DNA of 63,538 bases, filler included, from Atractiella rhizophila (GCA_021432655.1; 8 parts of 7 records of this genome joined end to end with filler, not necessarily neighbours in it); one strand, 5' to 3'. Positions 34,901 to 48,930 are shown, numbered from the whole stretch's first letter. Made by a program: numbers and translations. Notes: generated from the letters alone by a model not told the origin.

Positions 34901-37401
34901 AAAGTGCTGTCACTGGATTGCACTCCCCCGTAAGCATTCGACTCAGGACTAAACTCTTGTTTTATGCCCTTCCCTCGAATTAGGATAATACGAAGCATGC
35001 CTTTTTGCAGATGGATGATCGAGTGCTGGTTTATCGTGGTGCCGATCAGCCAGATATGAGCGTGATCAACCCCGAATCGGATGTTTGGCAACACATCAAG
35101 GTCTGTTCTATTTGTCACCCCTTTCAGGGATTGATTGAGGCAACAGATTCCCTCAAACTACATCTCACAAAACTGGCCAATCAAGTACAGCTGTATTTCT
35201 TCTGACGCCAGGATGATTGCTGTCGCCGGAAAGAACGGTCTAACACACTACAACGCTTTGACTGGCCGGTGGAAGCTGTTTGAGAACCTCAGTCAAGAGA
35301 GCGCATTTTCCGTGCGCGGCGGAATGCAATGGTATAAGGATGTCTTGGTCGTTGCCACGGACGAAGCAGGGAAGTACGCAGTGCGTCAATCTCTTTCTTC
35401 CCGTCGCAAGTTTTCATGGAGGTGACTGCAGATCCGCCTTTTCGGACGAGACCATCCGCTGAATACAAACTACATACTTCATCAAGAACCCCTACACGCT
35501 CCAGTCGTCCTTCTTTCGATATTTGATGATTCCCTTCTCGTGTATACGCTGGATAATACCTTCTATCACTTCCTCCTTCTTCCTTCTCGAGATGGCATTC
35601 AGTTACGAATGTGTGGTTCCATTGGATTTGAAGGAGTGGTACGGAACCCCATGCGCGTACGAGGAATGAGCTGGCTGGTTCCCAAATCTCAACAACGTAA
35701 GATACTTTTCCTTTAGAGCGGTATCCAATCATTAATGTAAGTATTTAGGTTTTGGAGATCCAGCAGATGACCTCAACGTCGCCACAGTCATCTTCCTGAT
35801 CGACGGTCATCTTGTCCTCCTCCGTCCTCGTCGCGCAGTTGATCAAGAGGTGAAATATGACATGCAGATTCTCGCCGACCGTATCGAATTTTATTGGACC
35901 CACTTATCAGGCATTGGGACGCTCGAGAACTCACTCTGGGGTTGGGATGGGAGGAGAATACGAGTTTGGCTTGACGCGTTGACTATCGAAGCAGTCAAAG
36001 TAGATGAGGAGAGAGACGCTTATCACAGTGTGCAAGAGAGTGTTGCCATCGACGTCGACTTTTATCCGCTCTGTCAGTATTCTTCCTCTCATACGGCTGA
36101 TATTCACAACCGGAGATAGCCCTGCTGATGGATAAGGGGATCATCATAGGAGTAGACTCGGAGACGCTCATCAAGCGTAGTCTGGACTTTCCCATTTTTA
36201 AAATTATGACAAATGTGAGCCTTTTCGAACTCAAATAGAGCCAAACTGATCTGTTACTGGGTAGACGCATCTCTTCCTTCACCATCTCCTTCGGTTCCAT
36301 CTCTCCCGTCATCAAGTAAAAGAAGCTGTTCTTCTCGCCTCGTTCTATCAATCCCTTATTTACTTCTCCCACGCACTCGAGATTCTCCTCCACAGCGTTC
36401 TCGAAGCAGAAACGGATGGAAAACCTTTGCACACCCCCAGCAGTTCCGTTTTTCCATCACCCAACGGTGGCGCCGCCCGTCTTTACGAACCGCCTGGTGA
36501 AGAACAAGAAGCAGTTCTCCCATACGTTATCGACTTTTTGGATCACTTCGACGCGGCTCTTGAAGTGGTCGTGGGATGCGCAAGGAAGACCGAAGTTGCC
36601 AGATGGAGTCAGCTGTTTGAGGTTGTGGGACGTCCAGAAGACTTGTTTGAGGTTTGCATGTCCTCTGCCATCAATCCTCGCTTACGTGTTTTGCACTTAG
36701 AAATGCATGATAGCTGGGCAGCTAAAAGTTGCTGCTTCCTATTTGCTGGTTCTACATAACCTAGAATCTTTGGAGCAGAGCAGCAAGGTATGAGGATTCG
36801 TATTGCACTATGGATCATGTCTCATTAGGAAACAGGATACAGTTCGTTTATTAAAAGCTGCGATGGCTGCTCAGGACTGGGCGGTGGGTCTTCGTCCCTA
36901 AACTCATGGCTGGGCTGAATATTGTTGCAGCTATGCAAGGAGCTGCTACGTTTCCTCTATTCATTAGACGACAGCGGGCAGATCCTCGAAGCAGCCCTTG
37001 AAGAAGCCAATGCCATTCCCGCAGGTTATGTCCCTAGTCGTCGAGAGCGGCCGACTCGTGCAGCATCGGACGCCGGGGTTGACCACACATATCGACCAGT
37101 TTCACCTCGCAACTTTCCGAAAGGGTCATCTGAGCTCCAACCTCCTCAGACTGCGGAACGTTCAGCGTCGCCAGCAACAATCCCTCGAAGTACAAGTGCA
37201 CCATCGACTGTACCAATGCAACCCAGGCAGAGAACGACATCGGGCCTGGGAGCTTTGATGTCCAGAGTGGGTATATCAGCGAATGCCAGCAGTCAAGGGT
37301 TCGGCGAGGTCTTTCCAAAAGGGTTGGGGAGAACATTTTCGGATCAAAATGGAGGTGATTTGAAGGATGACAAAGGAACAGAAGACACGGACGAACCATA
37401 G
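31961..37401 (+). CDS. RIC1: RIC1, subunit of the Ypt6/Rab6 GEF, multi-exon
   Basis: MYFPT start; DDRVLVYRGADQPDMSVINPESDVWQHI, IAVAG..GLTHY, LYFSHALEILLH, VVGCARKTE motifs. Confidence 0.93.
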
Positions 37402-37859
37402 CGCGTTCAATATGCTTTTTTTCTGGATACTCTGACGGCGAGACTGCATAGTGGCAATAGTGCTCAGGGTCAAGGTCATTGTGTTCAACTCGACTAGTCA
37501 ACAAAGGAACTCTAGCAGGTTCCACGGTATCATCATTCGATTTATCATATAATGGGTTCCTGAAGTCTGGTATACATGAGTCGCAAATCACCAGAGAGGC
37601 AATTTGAAATAATGTTGCGACCTGTCATTCAAAATATTTGTGACTTCTTCCTCGCGTGACGATCTGATTTCTTCATACGGTGTCATATATCACCCCTCCT
37701 CATCTCTCCCTCCCCAAGCTACATCACGTTGGACTCCAAGTAGGAATGGATCAAGCATACCATCGAACTGAAGCTTCATTGTGTACTATGCTTGCAAAAG
37801 TATATAGAGGGCGACAGAAACTTCACTAACAGGGGAGAAGTCAGGAGGAACTTAATGGA

Positions 37860-38480
37860 GAACTCCAGATTAAATCGAAGTAACTGTGTCTGTCCCAACT
37901 GGGAAAGCTAAAACGTCTCAAGAAGCTTCTCTTCCACGGTGTATATTTTGAGGCCACCTCCATCTCTCAAGATGATCTTCTAGAGCTTCGAGTCTTCTAT
38001 TTTATAGACTCTTGGGGTTCAGAAAGCCTGCTGGCTAATCTCCTTTCTATCCCATCTCTGACTTGGACTTGAATGGAAAGGTTATGTTCGATTGAACATT
38101 ATCAACTAACATTTTGTCACCGTCTGCTGGTGTCGAGTTAATAGGCGAGCATTTCGTGAAAAGAATACCGCAATGGTAAATGAAACACCAGTCCTTCGTC
38201 TTCAGTAACAAAGGTCCCCTACAGCTGCCTCATTCCTTGTTCCTTTCAACTCTAGCGTTTAGATCGTCTAGATGCGAGCTCAGTGTCGCTGCTGAATATT
38301 CTGACTTGATGGACATCTCATTATCCTTACACCTCAGGAAGCAAATAGACAAGGGGAGAGACGTCTGCACCATGTTCCATGAACGCATCCTCACTTCCTA
38401 ACAAGGCTCCAACGCATCCATTCGAGTTTCTAGCGAACATTCGAGCTGGGCTGGTTCCTCTGGTTCCTTTGGAGTTGAAT
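37860..38480 (+). pseudogene. Possible decayed Leu-rich (F-box/LRR-like) coding remnant
   Basis: Fragments such as KRLKKLLFHGVYF and LLELRVFYF..LLSIPSL interrupted by stops and shifts. Confidence 0.2.
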
Positions 38481-39352
38481 TCTCACTTATATTCAACAAA
38501 CGGTGTTACCCATGGCGCTGGTCAGCTCTGAGCATGTAATTGGACTATTTAGGTAGCCGCGCCTTTAGATTGCAGTAGATCTGGACACTGCTATAGCGCG
38601 CCACATATCGCTTGAATGACGGGGGTTCTTGCCTTGCATTACTTCATGCCGCGTTAACCATTGGAGAGCGGCAACTTAAATCACCATACTCTCCAAACAA
38701 GCTACTTTGCATTTCTTAGAAAGTGAATCAAAGATAACGGTGTGGAGACATCAAAGGGAAGAAAGAACATATACCAATTCCCATACAAAAGTTTGTGCTA
38801 ACCAGATCGGTCTACAATCTTCCTTATGGAGCAGTAGCAAAGCTCATTTTGCTATCTTGAGAGTCATGCGACGTCAACTCGTCCAGCGCTCCATCTCCAG
38901 TGCCATGCCGCAAGATCAGACACGCACACTTCAGCTCAACTTTGCCACGGCCATCAAACACCTTTGGCATCCTATCCGCGTTCCCTAATTCTCACAATGA
39001 CAAGTCTTTTGGCGTTTGGAGATGAGTAATGCGTAATGCATGATGGGTGGATGCTTCTGTGTAGTGAAGTTGCGCCGCAGCAACTGGCCGCAAGTTCGCA
39101 TCTGTCCACAGACCACTTGAACCGTGCGAACTTCCTTAAGCTTGCGAACTCGACGCATCACAACCGAGCCAGAGCCATTTGTAAACATAAGCACCTGCAG
39201 TGAAGAGGTCTGCTTCTCCTTTATTGGTAGCCCAACTGGCAACTCGAATCCAACTTCCCCTGGACTCATCCCAAACAACATTAGGAAGAAAGAGCGAGGA
39301 TGGTGCTTGCGGGGAGGCAGGAGCGAGAGCTAGCTAGCCTCAAACTGCTTAT

Positions 39353-39791
39353 TGTTACGGCCCAGGAAGCGGAGAGGTAGTGTACGTTATGCTTTTCTCT
39401 CTGCCGTACGCGTGTCGATCTTCTACGTCCGTGGAGAGTTGCATATAGAGACGCGAAGGTGCGAGACTTTGGTTATAATCCAATAGGAGAAGGATTTGTC
39501 TTGTGTCACAATTTCACATAGCGAGACGGCTCCCTTTCGCGTGCCAAAGCATCAGCCTACGGCCTAGATACCTGAAGGATAACAGGTTGAGAAATAGCTT
39601 AAGGACTCGTCCGCTAGGTAACCCCCTACCTAGGCGCCGCAGCAAGCGTCTACTCACGTGCGGTAGATCTCGCGTTTCCCACCGATACTAGTAATAGAGC
39701 TCAGGATGAGTCTTTATGTAATCTAAAACGCGAAAACCTCTACTCCGCCGCCGAACGGAGAAAATAGGAGCTACTTATAGGACCTTTCCAA
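39353..39791 (-). mobile_element. Possible truncated LTR-like fragment
   Basis: Minus strand ends CCGTAACA at 39353 with TATAAG near 39775; no partner terminus or TSD. Confidence 0.3.
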
Positions 39792-40596
39792 TATCAGGTT
39801 TTAGACCTGCAACCGTCACGAGAAAAACCAGAAACCAGCTATCTAACGTTATGTGGTCAACCCTAGACCCAAGGACAAAGCGTGTTAGTCTGTGCGAAGC
39901 GAAAGAGCGTCTTGCCATTACAATGCCTGGACAGGTAGGTATCGCTTATTGGGAATAGGGGTGATGGGTAGGGATCCTATAGGGCGAAGGTGCTTATGCA
40001 GAGCAACAGCACAAATTTTCTGGTGAGGTTGACCTATTCTGGGCAGCTGAACTTGAGCTGCGACACCAGCCCTAACATGTTGACATCCGGTCTTTTTCCT
40101 TCACTTAATTTCACCATGTCCTCTCCTCCTTCTCGTCTTCGCTTGGAGCTAATTTGCGACGAAAACGTGCTGGCTAGCCGTCCAACGTTCCTACCGTGGA
40201 CATCGGTTGTACTTAATAACCTGCTTCCACACTCTAAGGTGTCTGGACTTTCCCATAGACAGCCGTTCTCCGTGACTAATTATAAGAAGTGTGCTGTGTT
40301 GCGCCTTCCTTCGCCATGGAACCTCGAGCTTACAAAAGAAGACGAGGTGGCTTCCTGAGTACTCGAGGGTTGCGAGTGTCGTTCCATCTACCCAAACCCT
40401 CTCTGCGTGTAAGTATGCATACGAGCACATGTAAAGCAATAAGCAGGGGCGAAGAAAGTACAGCTATTAGCAACCTTCCGGAAGCCTTCAACTGGGGTCA
40501 GCTACTACCTTCAAGTCTCACTTGTGACAGTCGGTCAATGTCCACTCTTTATTAGGACGCTAGATGCTCGTCGTATCTCTTGAGTGTTAAGCGCAG
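39792..40596 (+). mobile_element. Degenerate LTR retrotransposon 5' end: LTR 39792-40077 then decayed gag-like ORF
   Basis: Termini TATCAGGTTT...CAGCCCTAACA match the solo-LTR termini (TGTCAGGTTT...CAGCCCTAACA); ORF MSSPPSRL..PTFLPWTSVVLNNL follows and hits a stop. Confidence 0.55.
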
Positions 40597-40948
40597 NNNN
40601 NNNNNNNNNNNNNNNNNNNNNNNNNNNNNNNNNNNNNNNNNNNNNNNNNNNNNNNNNNNNNNNNNNNNNNNNNNNNNNNNNNNNNNNNNNNNNNNNNNNN
40701 NNNNNNNNNNNNNNNNNNNNNNNNNNNNNNNNNNNNNNNNNNNNNNNNNNNNNNNNNNNNNNNNNNNNNNNNNNNNNNNNNNNNNNNNNNNNNNNNNNNN
40801 NNNNNNNNNNNNNNNNNNNNNNNNNNNNNNNNNNNNNNNNNNNNNNNNNNNNNNNNNNNNNNNNNNNNNNNNNNNNNNNNNNNNNNNNNNNNNNNNNNNN
40901 NNNNNNNNNNNNNNNNNNNNNNNNNNNNNNNNNNNNNNNNNNNNNNNN
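40597..40948. other. Assembly gap of plain Ns without linker motif
   Basis: 352 Ns. Confidence 0.97.
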
Positions 40949-41182
40949 CTCTCTCGCACGGAACTGGACGAGCTCCTCCCCAAACGGTCCTCTTCCTCTT
41001 CCTACCCCACCATCAGCTCCACCCTCCCACCGCCTGTCCCTAGTCCTCCTCTGCCTAGTGGGTCGTCAAAGCCCACAACTCCTCCGACCAAACCGACCAA
41101 ACCACCAAAGATCAAGAAGGAAGAGAAAGGTAAAAGAGACGAAGGGGTCAAGCTGAATTTCTGGGGACGGAGGAAGTCTTGA
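40949..41182 (+). CDS. 3' end of an unidentified Pro/Ser/Lys-rich gene emerging from the gap
   Basis: Open frame LSRTELDELLP...NFWGRRKS*. Confidence 0.4.
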   Translation, partial: LSRTELDELLPKRSSSSSYPTISSTLPPPVPSPPLPSGSSKPTTPPTKPTKPPKIKKEEKGKRDEGVKLNFWGRRKS

Positions 41183-41451
41183 TTTGCCGAACGGTTAGCA
41201 TGATGATGCTGTGTGGAATCAAGCTGGGACATCCCGGAAACGAGTTGAAAAAGTGTAGGTTCCTCGAGAGAGTAAGAAAAGGACACTTCAAGGACATTTG
41301 TGTTTGCTTGTTGCTTGTAACTTTTTCCGAACGTTTTGTGAGGAACCACCTTCAAATGTTATGATACGATAGTACGACATCTAATCCTACAGACATGCAC
41401 GCCTAACATATGTCCTTGTAATATATTCACGATAAAGGAAATGTGACTAAA

Positions 41452-44185
41452 TCACGGAATAACATGAACCTGAGCAGAAGGATGAGGGCTCGGTGGTTTT
41501 GGAGGGAGAGGAGGCGGAGAGCTAGCTGTGAATGAGCCAGACCTGTGAGTATTCTGAGAGTTCCCGTCACTTCCTGTGCTAGAATTTGTACTGGTGAGAG
41601 GAGTGTCATCAGGAAACAAAGTTTGATGATGAAGGAGAAGTGGTTCGAGAGCCATATTCGCATCCATCATGAGAGTGACGTTCAAATTCTGCTCTGGGTC
41701 TTCTCCAAAGACGACGGGTGAAAGGATCTGGGAGAGGTTTGAGATGGACATTTTGTTTTGTGTCGCATGAGCAGCCACCCTGCACCTCTGTCAACAGGTG
41801 TTTTCATCCTCATGAAGAAGCACTCACCGATAGAGATGTTGACAGAAGAGACGAAGTGTGGCATAATGTGTGGGATGTAGCCTTCGTATACGTTTGGCCA
41901 CAGCTTGCACTGCAGCGGGAGGATCGTGTTCTAAAAATTTTCAATATCGAATCGCAGAATTTGTAAGAAAGGGCTCACTGTAATGTCCAAGAAACTGTGC
42001 CCTGTCCACCAAAGACATCTGGAATAGTGGAGTAGGTAGTTGTCGAAAGTACAGCTTGAGGACGGCAGCTATTGTGTGAGGATCATGTCGGTGGGCGTCA
42101 AAATTGAACAGAGCCTCGTCCTTCTCGATCGCATGCGTGAGCTGACAGTGACACCCGATCAGATGAGTTAGGCAGAAAAAAGGTGAAAGCTCACAGCTTG
42201 CACGCTTGTGATCTTGCCGCTAACACGATATAGACCCTCAATATTAAGTCCTCGCTCATCTAGCTCTTTCACACATTTGACAACGATCAGTGGTACGGGA
42301 CGACCCGGAAACTGTGCCGAATAGTCGACAAGAGATACCCCAAAAAGCAAAGAGAGGCATTGCCCGACAAAGAACGAATTGCTGAGACCTCATTAAGTAG
42401 GTGAAATAAGATTGAGGGAATGGACTGACTAGAGAATTGGTGGCTCTGAAAAAGTGGCAAACTCGGTATGGATCATGACTTGCGAGGCTAGGCAAGCGTC
42501 AGAAGAGAGTAGCGAGCAATCACATTATGACATACCATCATCTGCAGGTGATATCTCGTGTAAACGTTGCCAAATCTTGTCCTTGGCCTGTCCACATGCC
42601 TCAGAATAAATTGCTTTCTTTGTGACACAAGCAACGTACATGAGATTTGCCCGAATTAAGATATGACACGCTTTCCAGCCACTTCATCAGTACTCCTACT
42701 CTACGGTGAGCAACATGCGACGCGTGCTCGTTGTTATAACGCACCTTTTGTCGTTCCACTGAAATCGAGAGCCGATTCCTCAACCGAAGCTCTCGACGCC
42801 TTAGTCACCCGCTCTCGTTGGAGCCTCAACGTCTCAAGATGGTGAACCGCTTTCATATGGTGGAGAACGATAAGCCATTGCCAAAATGGAAGACAAGAAG
42901 CGTACCATGACGATACAGGACATCAGCTTCCTCCGCCTCCGCCTTCATCCTCACCATCTTGTTCGGTCCGTCAGGCCTCTCCAGATCCTGCGCGCTCTGC
43001 TTGATATTCTTGATGAAACTATTGACTTGATTTCTCGTCGCATGCAGCGGATTAGCAGCAAAGTTTTGCTGCAAGGAGGTGGGAGGGCCAGCAATGAGGG
43101 ACTCTCTGAGATTGCTCGATGTTGCAGCAGAGACCATCATTGGATTAGGTGACGGCGAGTGCTGAATCTCGCCTACAGAACCCCGAGAAGTGTTTGTGGT
43201 GAGAGGAGTAGAGGAGGGCGAGGGCGATGACTCGGTTGACGCCACACCGGTCAGGAAGGGAGAGTGCGGATTGTGGTGGTTTAATGCTGCCTCGAATTCT
43301 TTCCCACTCATTGGCATTGGAGGTGAATGTCGCGGCTGGGGCGGGGGCGGTGGGGGTGAAGGAGTGGCGACTCTATGCGCTTGTTGATGATGATTCCACT
43401 GGGAAGTCGAGTCTCGCTCCTGATTGACGACATCTTGCAGATCAGAGCACTTCTTGACATACTACGCAACCAACTTTTCAGTCGGAAACATATTTCGGCT
43501 TGCAAAAGTGCTTACGTTGCGTTGAAGCTTCGAAACTGTGTTCTTATACTCCATGTGAGCTAAGACGGCTTCCTTTTGCTCTTCCTTCGCTCGTCGTCTT
43601 ATCCTCTCCTTTTCTTCTTTGAAATACACCAGTGGCTCAATGACCTTCTTTTGTATGGCGACAATAAAGGAACGATGAGAATCGGTTTCTATAAATTCCA
43701 GGATTTAATGTTTAGCTTCTTGGATGAGGGAAGAGAATTACCTTGCTTCAAAGAGTTCACGACTTCCTTCCAGGCCTGACGAACAGACGATGGAATGAGC
43801 CGCAGCCCTCTATTCAGTTCTCTTCAACAAATGGTTATGGGGAAGAAAGAAGAATGTACTCAGCATCCATCAAAACCTCGACCTCTTCCTGTTTTGATAA
43901 CATCTAGAACCATTCATTCTGTCAGTAAATTTTCAGAAAACAGTTACATTGAAGGCAACAATTTTCTTGTTCGACTCTCGCAATCACGCAAACTCAGCCA
44001 ACGAGACTCCAGGACGGAAATCAATATTGACAATGAACGCGGTCACATGAAAGAGCGCAAAGGCAGACCATAATTTTGACATATTGACAGCTGTCGACCT
44101 TAACAAAATGCTGAGTGTACGTGCGATGCGTCTGGGTATGAATGCATGAATGTTGACAGGTCGGGCATCATTGTACAGTCCCATG
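41452..44185 (-). CDS. RhoGAP protein with N-terminal helical (probably F-BAR) region; ends approximate
   Basis: LFGVSL..VPLIVVKCVKELDERGLNIEGLYRVSG and NKMSISNLSQILSPVVFG motifs; multi-exon. Confidence 0.85.
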
Positions 44186-44950
44186 TCCAATTCAATCGTG
44201 GGTTTCACTCGACATCATCCTGACGCTAGTAAGCCAGAAGGAGCAAGCTCATTGCAACATACCAATACCCACTACGGACCCTTATTGGAGGCAAGGAAGC
44301 AAGGGCAAGCCGGAATTACCGTCAGCCAAAGCCAAGGCGATGAAGCAGTAGGAACGAAAGGTGCGAAGGTCGTGTGAATTGCACATTCTGACTGTAACAA
44401 TGATTGATACCTGTCACACCTTTGGATGCAGGATGCTTGGTTGTTGGTTATGAGCCGGGGTACGAGCAGACATGCTTTGATCAGGACCACCGAAGTAAGG
44501 AAAACGTTGAAACGATGGCTTAACGCTGTGTGCGCAGCAAGAAATGAAAGAACGTCTTTGGGTTCGTGTATACTGTAAAGGACACGTGTCGTAATATGGA
44601 TAATGTTGGAAGTGGAGGCAGAAATGATAATGGTTGTTGCCCGAGCTTGTTGATCGGATCCCTGTAATCAGGGCATTTATTGAAAGCTCAGGGACAGGTA
44701 TCAAAGCAATCTAGGCTCGTTGGTATGATATGTAGATAGGTTCCCATCAATGTTCAAGAGACGAAACATTGGCGTTTCGAAACAAGTGCTTCAGGACAAT
44801 CCCAAAATCTCCAACTGCAATGACAACACTCAATCTACGAACGAAAGCACNNNNNNNNNNNNNNNNNNNNNNNNNNNNNNNNNNNNNNNNNNNNTTAATT
44901 AATTAANNNNNNNNNNNNNNNNNNNNNNNNNNNNNNNNNNNNNNNNNNNN

Positions 44951-45356
44951 TCAACCAAAAAAACATAGCCAAACCGGCAAGAAGGAGCAAAGAAGGACAT
45001 ACCTCAAAGCTAATATGATCGCCACCGACCCTAACCTCCAACTCCTGCTTTCCCACAATATTCTTCTTAGGCCATGAATTATCGTCTTCCTTTGTGATCT
45101 CGCTCTCCAACACTATTCTCTTCAGTTCCTCCACCGCCAGCGGACTCAGGTAAAGCTCCTTCCGGATCAGGGAATCGTTTCGATAGTTGGAGTTGTTCGC
45201 ATATCGAAGTCGACCCTTGGAGTACTCGAATTCGAGGAACTCGTGTCCGTGGCGACCTTGATGGCCGGTGCTGTTCGGCCGTTAGTTAGGACAGTTGGCG
45301 GAAGTCATGGGGAAGACGTACTAGTAGCGTAGGTAGAAGGGGTCGTTGGATGCCAT
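44951..45356 (-). CDS. MAGOH: Mago nashi (exon junction complex core), 3' end lost in gap
   Basis: [55 protein letters not shown]. Confidence 0.97.
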
Positions 45357-45617
45357 GCTGGATGAGATTTGGAGGAGTGGATTAGAGCATGACTATAGGG
45401 GGGGGATTGCTCACTATGTATCATTGATCCTTACTTCATCCAGACTGCATCGGTTTCTGCTTAAATCCAGCTAGAATCTAGCAGGATCTAGCGTTGTCAT
45501 TGGTTGCTGTCCATTGCTGTTGCTATTATATATTACTTTAGTACTTCGTCACCATGTCCCTCTCACCCATCCGTCCCTCCGAGCGCCTCTTCTCCCCTGT
45601 CCGCTGGGACTCAAACG

Positions 45618-48444
45618 ATGTCTTCTCGTCCATCTTTGGTTATGGATCTTTCGAGGCTCAAGAACTGGAGAAAAGCTGGATTTCGCTGCAAAGCGGCAGC
45701 ATGACAGACAACCGTGGTTTGTCGTATAATTATTATTGCTGACTTTTGCAGACAAATGTTTGGTTGTTCCTCGAATAGGATATTCGCTCTCAAATGTATT
45801 CGCGAATGCAGATGCAGACGCGAAGGAGAATCCCGTAGAGAAGAGTAACGAACCAGAAAAATGCGTTGCAGAAATCAGTCCGCCTTTCTCCTTCCTTAGC
45901 AAATGTAAAATCCACTTACCAACTCCCTCAACAGCAACAGCGGCGTCTCCCTCTCCCTCTTCTCATCCGCAAGCACAAAACATCACGCAAATACCTCCCA
46001 AACTCGCTTTTCGGATAACCAAACGGAGCACCGACAAACCATCGTCATCAGCCGTCTCAACTAGCACGGTTGCAACAGCGTCATCTTCCTCTCAGCTGTC
46101 CAGTGAGACATCAGGTAACGTGTCCGCAATAGACCATGGAAGAGAAACCAGCAGCAAGAACACACACATCCTGGCACCTTCCACTTCCGATCAATCGATT
46201 GCAACCTCGATTGCCCATTCGATTCTGGCTCCAGCATCGTCTTCGATGTTAGCTACAACTTCTTCGGCTCTGGCACAGGATTTGAAAGTCGAAGGACGTG
46301 GGAGTGAGCAGTCGTATCGTTCTGTTCAGACCCACGATGAAGTCTCAATGGAGCGGGGGAACGACAGGGATCGGGAGAAAAACGGGGGACAAGAGAAGTA
46401 CAGAGATAGGGAGAAAGGAAAGGAAAGAGAGGGGAAAGGGGAAAGGGGACGGTCGAGATCTCCCCCCAGCAACCGTGCTACGTCGTACACGAATGATGAA
46501 GTAAGGAGTGCGTCAAGAGGAAGGCAGAGGGATAGGTCTAAATCTTCGGAAAGCAGGAAAGAGAAAGAGAAGGGGAAAGTGTGGAACAAGGAGGGACGGA
46601 GGGAGAGGGAGATCGGAGATGGAGAGATGCTTCCTCCTCCCATACCCTTCCGTCCTCCGAAATCCAACGAACGCAAAGAGAGGGAATACAAGAGGGATCG
46701 TCTCTCTCCTCTCTCAGGGTCAAGATCAACCGCGTCGGAATCACGATTAAGACGTCGATCAGCTTCTCCAGCGACCATCCGAAGACAGGTCTCTTCTTCG
46801 ACGGACCCTCGACGCTCCCCTGTTCCTTCTCACCATGCTCACATCCCCTACGGAAGACGACCGTCACCCGCTCCCACCGCACCGGCGACGCGATCTGGTT
46901 CGTCTCAGAGAGGAAGTAAGAGCGATCGGGAGAGTCTAGATGGCGAACGCCGAGGGAGGGATTGGGATCGCTCGAGTCGAAGGAGCCCATCTGCTATCGA
47001 CTTCATCGAAAGCACTCGGCGTATCGATCGCTCACGAGAAGGTGAAGGCCGGAAACAGCCCCAAGTGTTGAAGTTCCCTTACAACCTACCAGGAGACGAA
47101 CGAACCACTATCCCGACACGCGATCCACGGCCGTATGGACGGCGGACGAGTCCAGCGAGGACCGTTCCCCCCAAATTGACAAAGGGGAGGAGGGGATCCG
47201 CTGCTTCCCCGCCGCCGTTGCGTGTTCATCAGGTAGTGGAAGGCAGGGGGAGGAGGAGGAGGAGCCTGTCCCCCTTCGAGCGAAGGAGAGATGATGAGGA
47301 TAGAGGGAGGGCTGTGGACATGGAAGAATATGATCCGTTGCGCCCCTCCACTTCTGCTTCGTCCTCTGCTTCTGGCCCAGGGTTTAGCAAGGATTTATTC
47401 TCGACTCCGGACCAGAATAGAGTGTCGTATAGCAGACGCCCCTCACCCCCGCGTACTGCACCTATTGCACCATCATCCTCTGTCCGACCGGCAGGATGGG
47501 AAGGGGCTCGCGGCAGAGCTTGGCCAGAGCGTGTAAGAGTGGACGACTCGGAAACAAGTCTCGGAAGCCGCTTCTCGCCTCAATTTTCATCGACAGCGAC
47601 TGCAAGCGCGGGAAAGGGGACCCTCCGCCCCATCACTTCGCCAGCCCAGGTGAACCAGCCACTTTCGCCGAGATCTTTGGACATCAACGAGTTGCTGGCA
47701 ACTTATAGACCACCAAATGAGGATGAGGATGGACGCAACAATGGAGAAGGTAATCTTGACGGATCCATTGGAGGCGTGAAAATGGCTAGAGATGGGAGCC
47801 TAGTGTCGCGGATGAGCTTTCGTCCTTCGCTGTCCGTGGAAAATGACGAACTTGGCCTCCAAAACATCCACGACAAGTTTCCACGTTATGTCATCATGCC
47901 CTTCTCACTCCGACTTCCCAATGTGGACGACATTAGGCCTTCTATATGGAACATCATGGATTACTTCTGTTGCGGCTACCGAATCTTCACCGCTAACGAA
48001 TCCTTGCTCCATCTCTTTTCTTCTTCTCGAGGCGAGGCGCGCCGTCGACTATTTGGAGGAGACGGGAATTGGATTGATCCTGCTCGCTGGATACGGTTGA
48101 AGAAGGAGCACAGCGGACGACAGCTAGCCGAAGGGGACAAGAGAAGAAAACTTCCTCCGAAACCTTTACACTTTTGGATATCCCGAGACTTCAGCCGTTT
48201 GCAAGAGAGAACACAATTCATCATCTACGTCGGATATCAGAATGAGATTGAAGCAGTCATTGCCGCCAAATTCTTTAGTTTCAAAGAGTTCTTTCAGCGC
48301 CGTGAGCACAGTCCGGGCTCGGTCAAATCGATGATGGGGGACGGGCGGGAGGTGGAGAGTTCTCAGAGCAGAGATAACTTCTGGAGGATCGAAACTGATA
48401 TCAATGGACTTGTTTCTTTCGATTTACAGATTCCAGGTCACTGA
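45618..48444 (+). CDS. Large Arg/Ser/Pro-rich low-complexity protein with ordered-looking C-terminal region; ends approximate
   Basis: 902-codon open frame with RS/RxSP repeats; candidate ATG 45618, divergent from mago. Confidence 0.7.
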
Positions 48445-48930
48445 CCTGCCATTTTCAGTCTCAGCTTGTATCCCTGCCTTTTGACTTTCTTGAATATTGT
48501 GTTACCCCAACTTGTATACGCTTGCAGCTTGTCAACCGAACACAAACGTTCCACTGTCATTCGTCGCTGCTGGACGTAGTAAGCCTGGAACCAGCAGCCT
48601 CGTCGCGTTCTCAAACCGTTTTGCAGTGACGGCATTATCTGAGGAGGAATTGCAAGGTGATAATTAGACAGTGTACGTGCCATTGAAGGAAATAAGAAAA
48701 ATAGATGAGATGCTCGAACGAGGGTACGTATTGTTGATGGTTTCTTGATTCTGCATGCTGCCCGAACGCAAGTCAAACGACATCCATCAAATCTATTTTC
48801 TCATACGATAATCAGAGTTAATTCAAGCCGGTACCAGACAGTGAGAGAAGAGAGGCAGCAAAATGACATCTATAGAAGCGAATCCGGCGCTCAAGAGAGC
48901 CCTTTCCTAAGCAAGCAAGGTAGGAAAAAT

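Noticed and set aside
16872..37401. Functional Golgi-trafficking cluster (COG1 and RIC1)
   Set aside because: Two genes over 11 kb apart; chance proximity cannot be excluded without synteny data.
39353..39820. Single solo LTR TGTTACGG...CCGTCACG
   Set aside because: Does not end in CA, has no TSD, and the right end lies within the better-supported LTR starting at 39792.
40552..41182. Long X-containing ORFs in the track
   Set aside because: Artefacts of translating through N runs.
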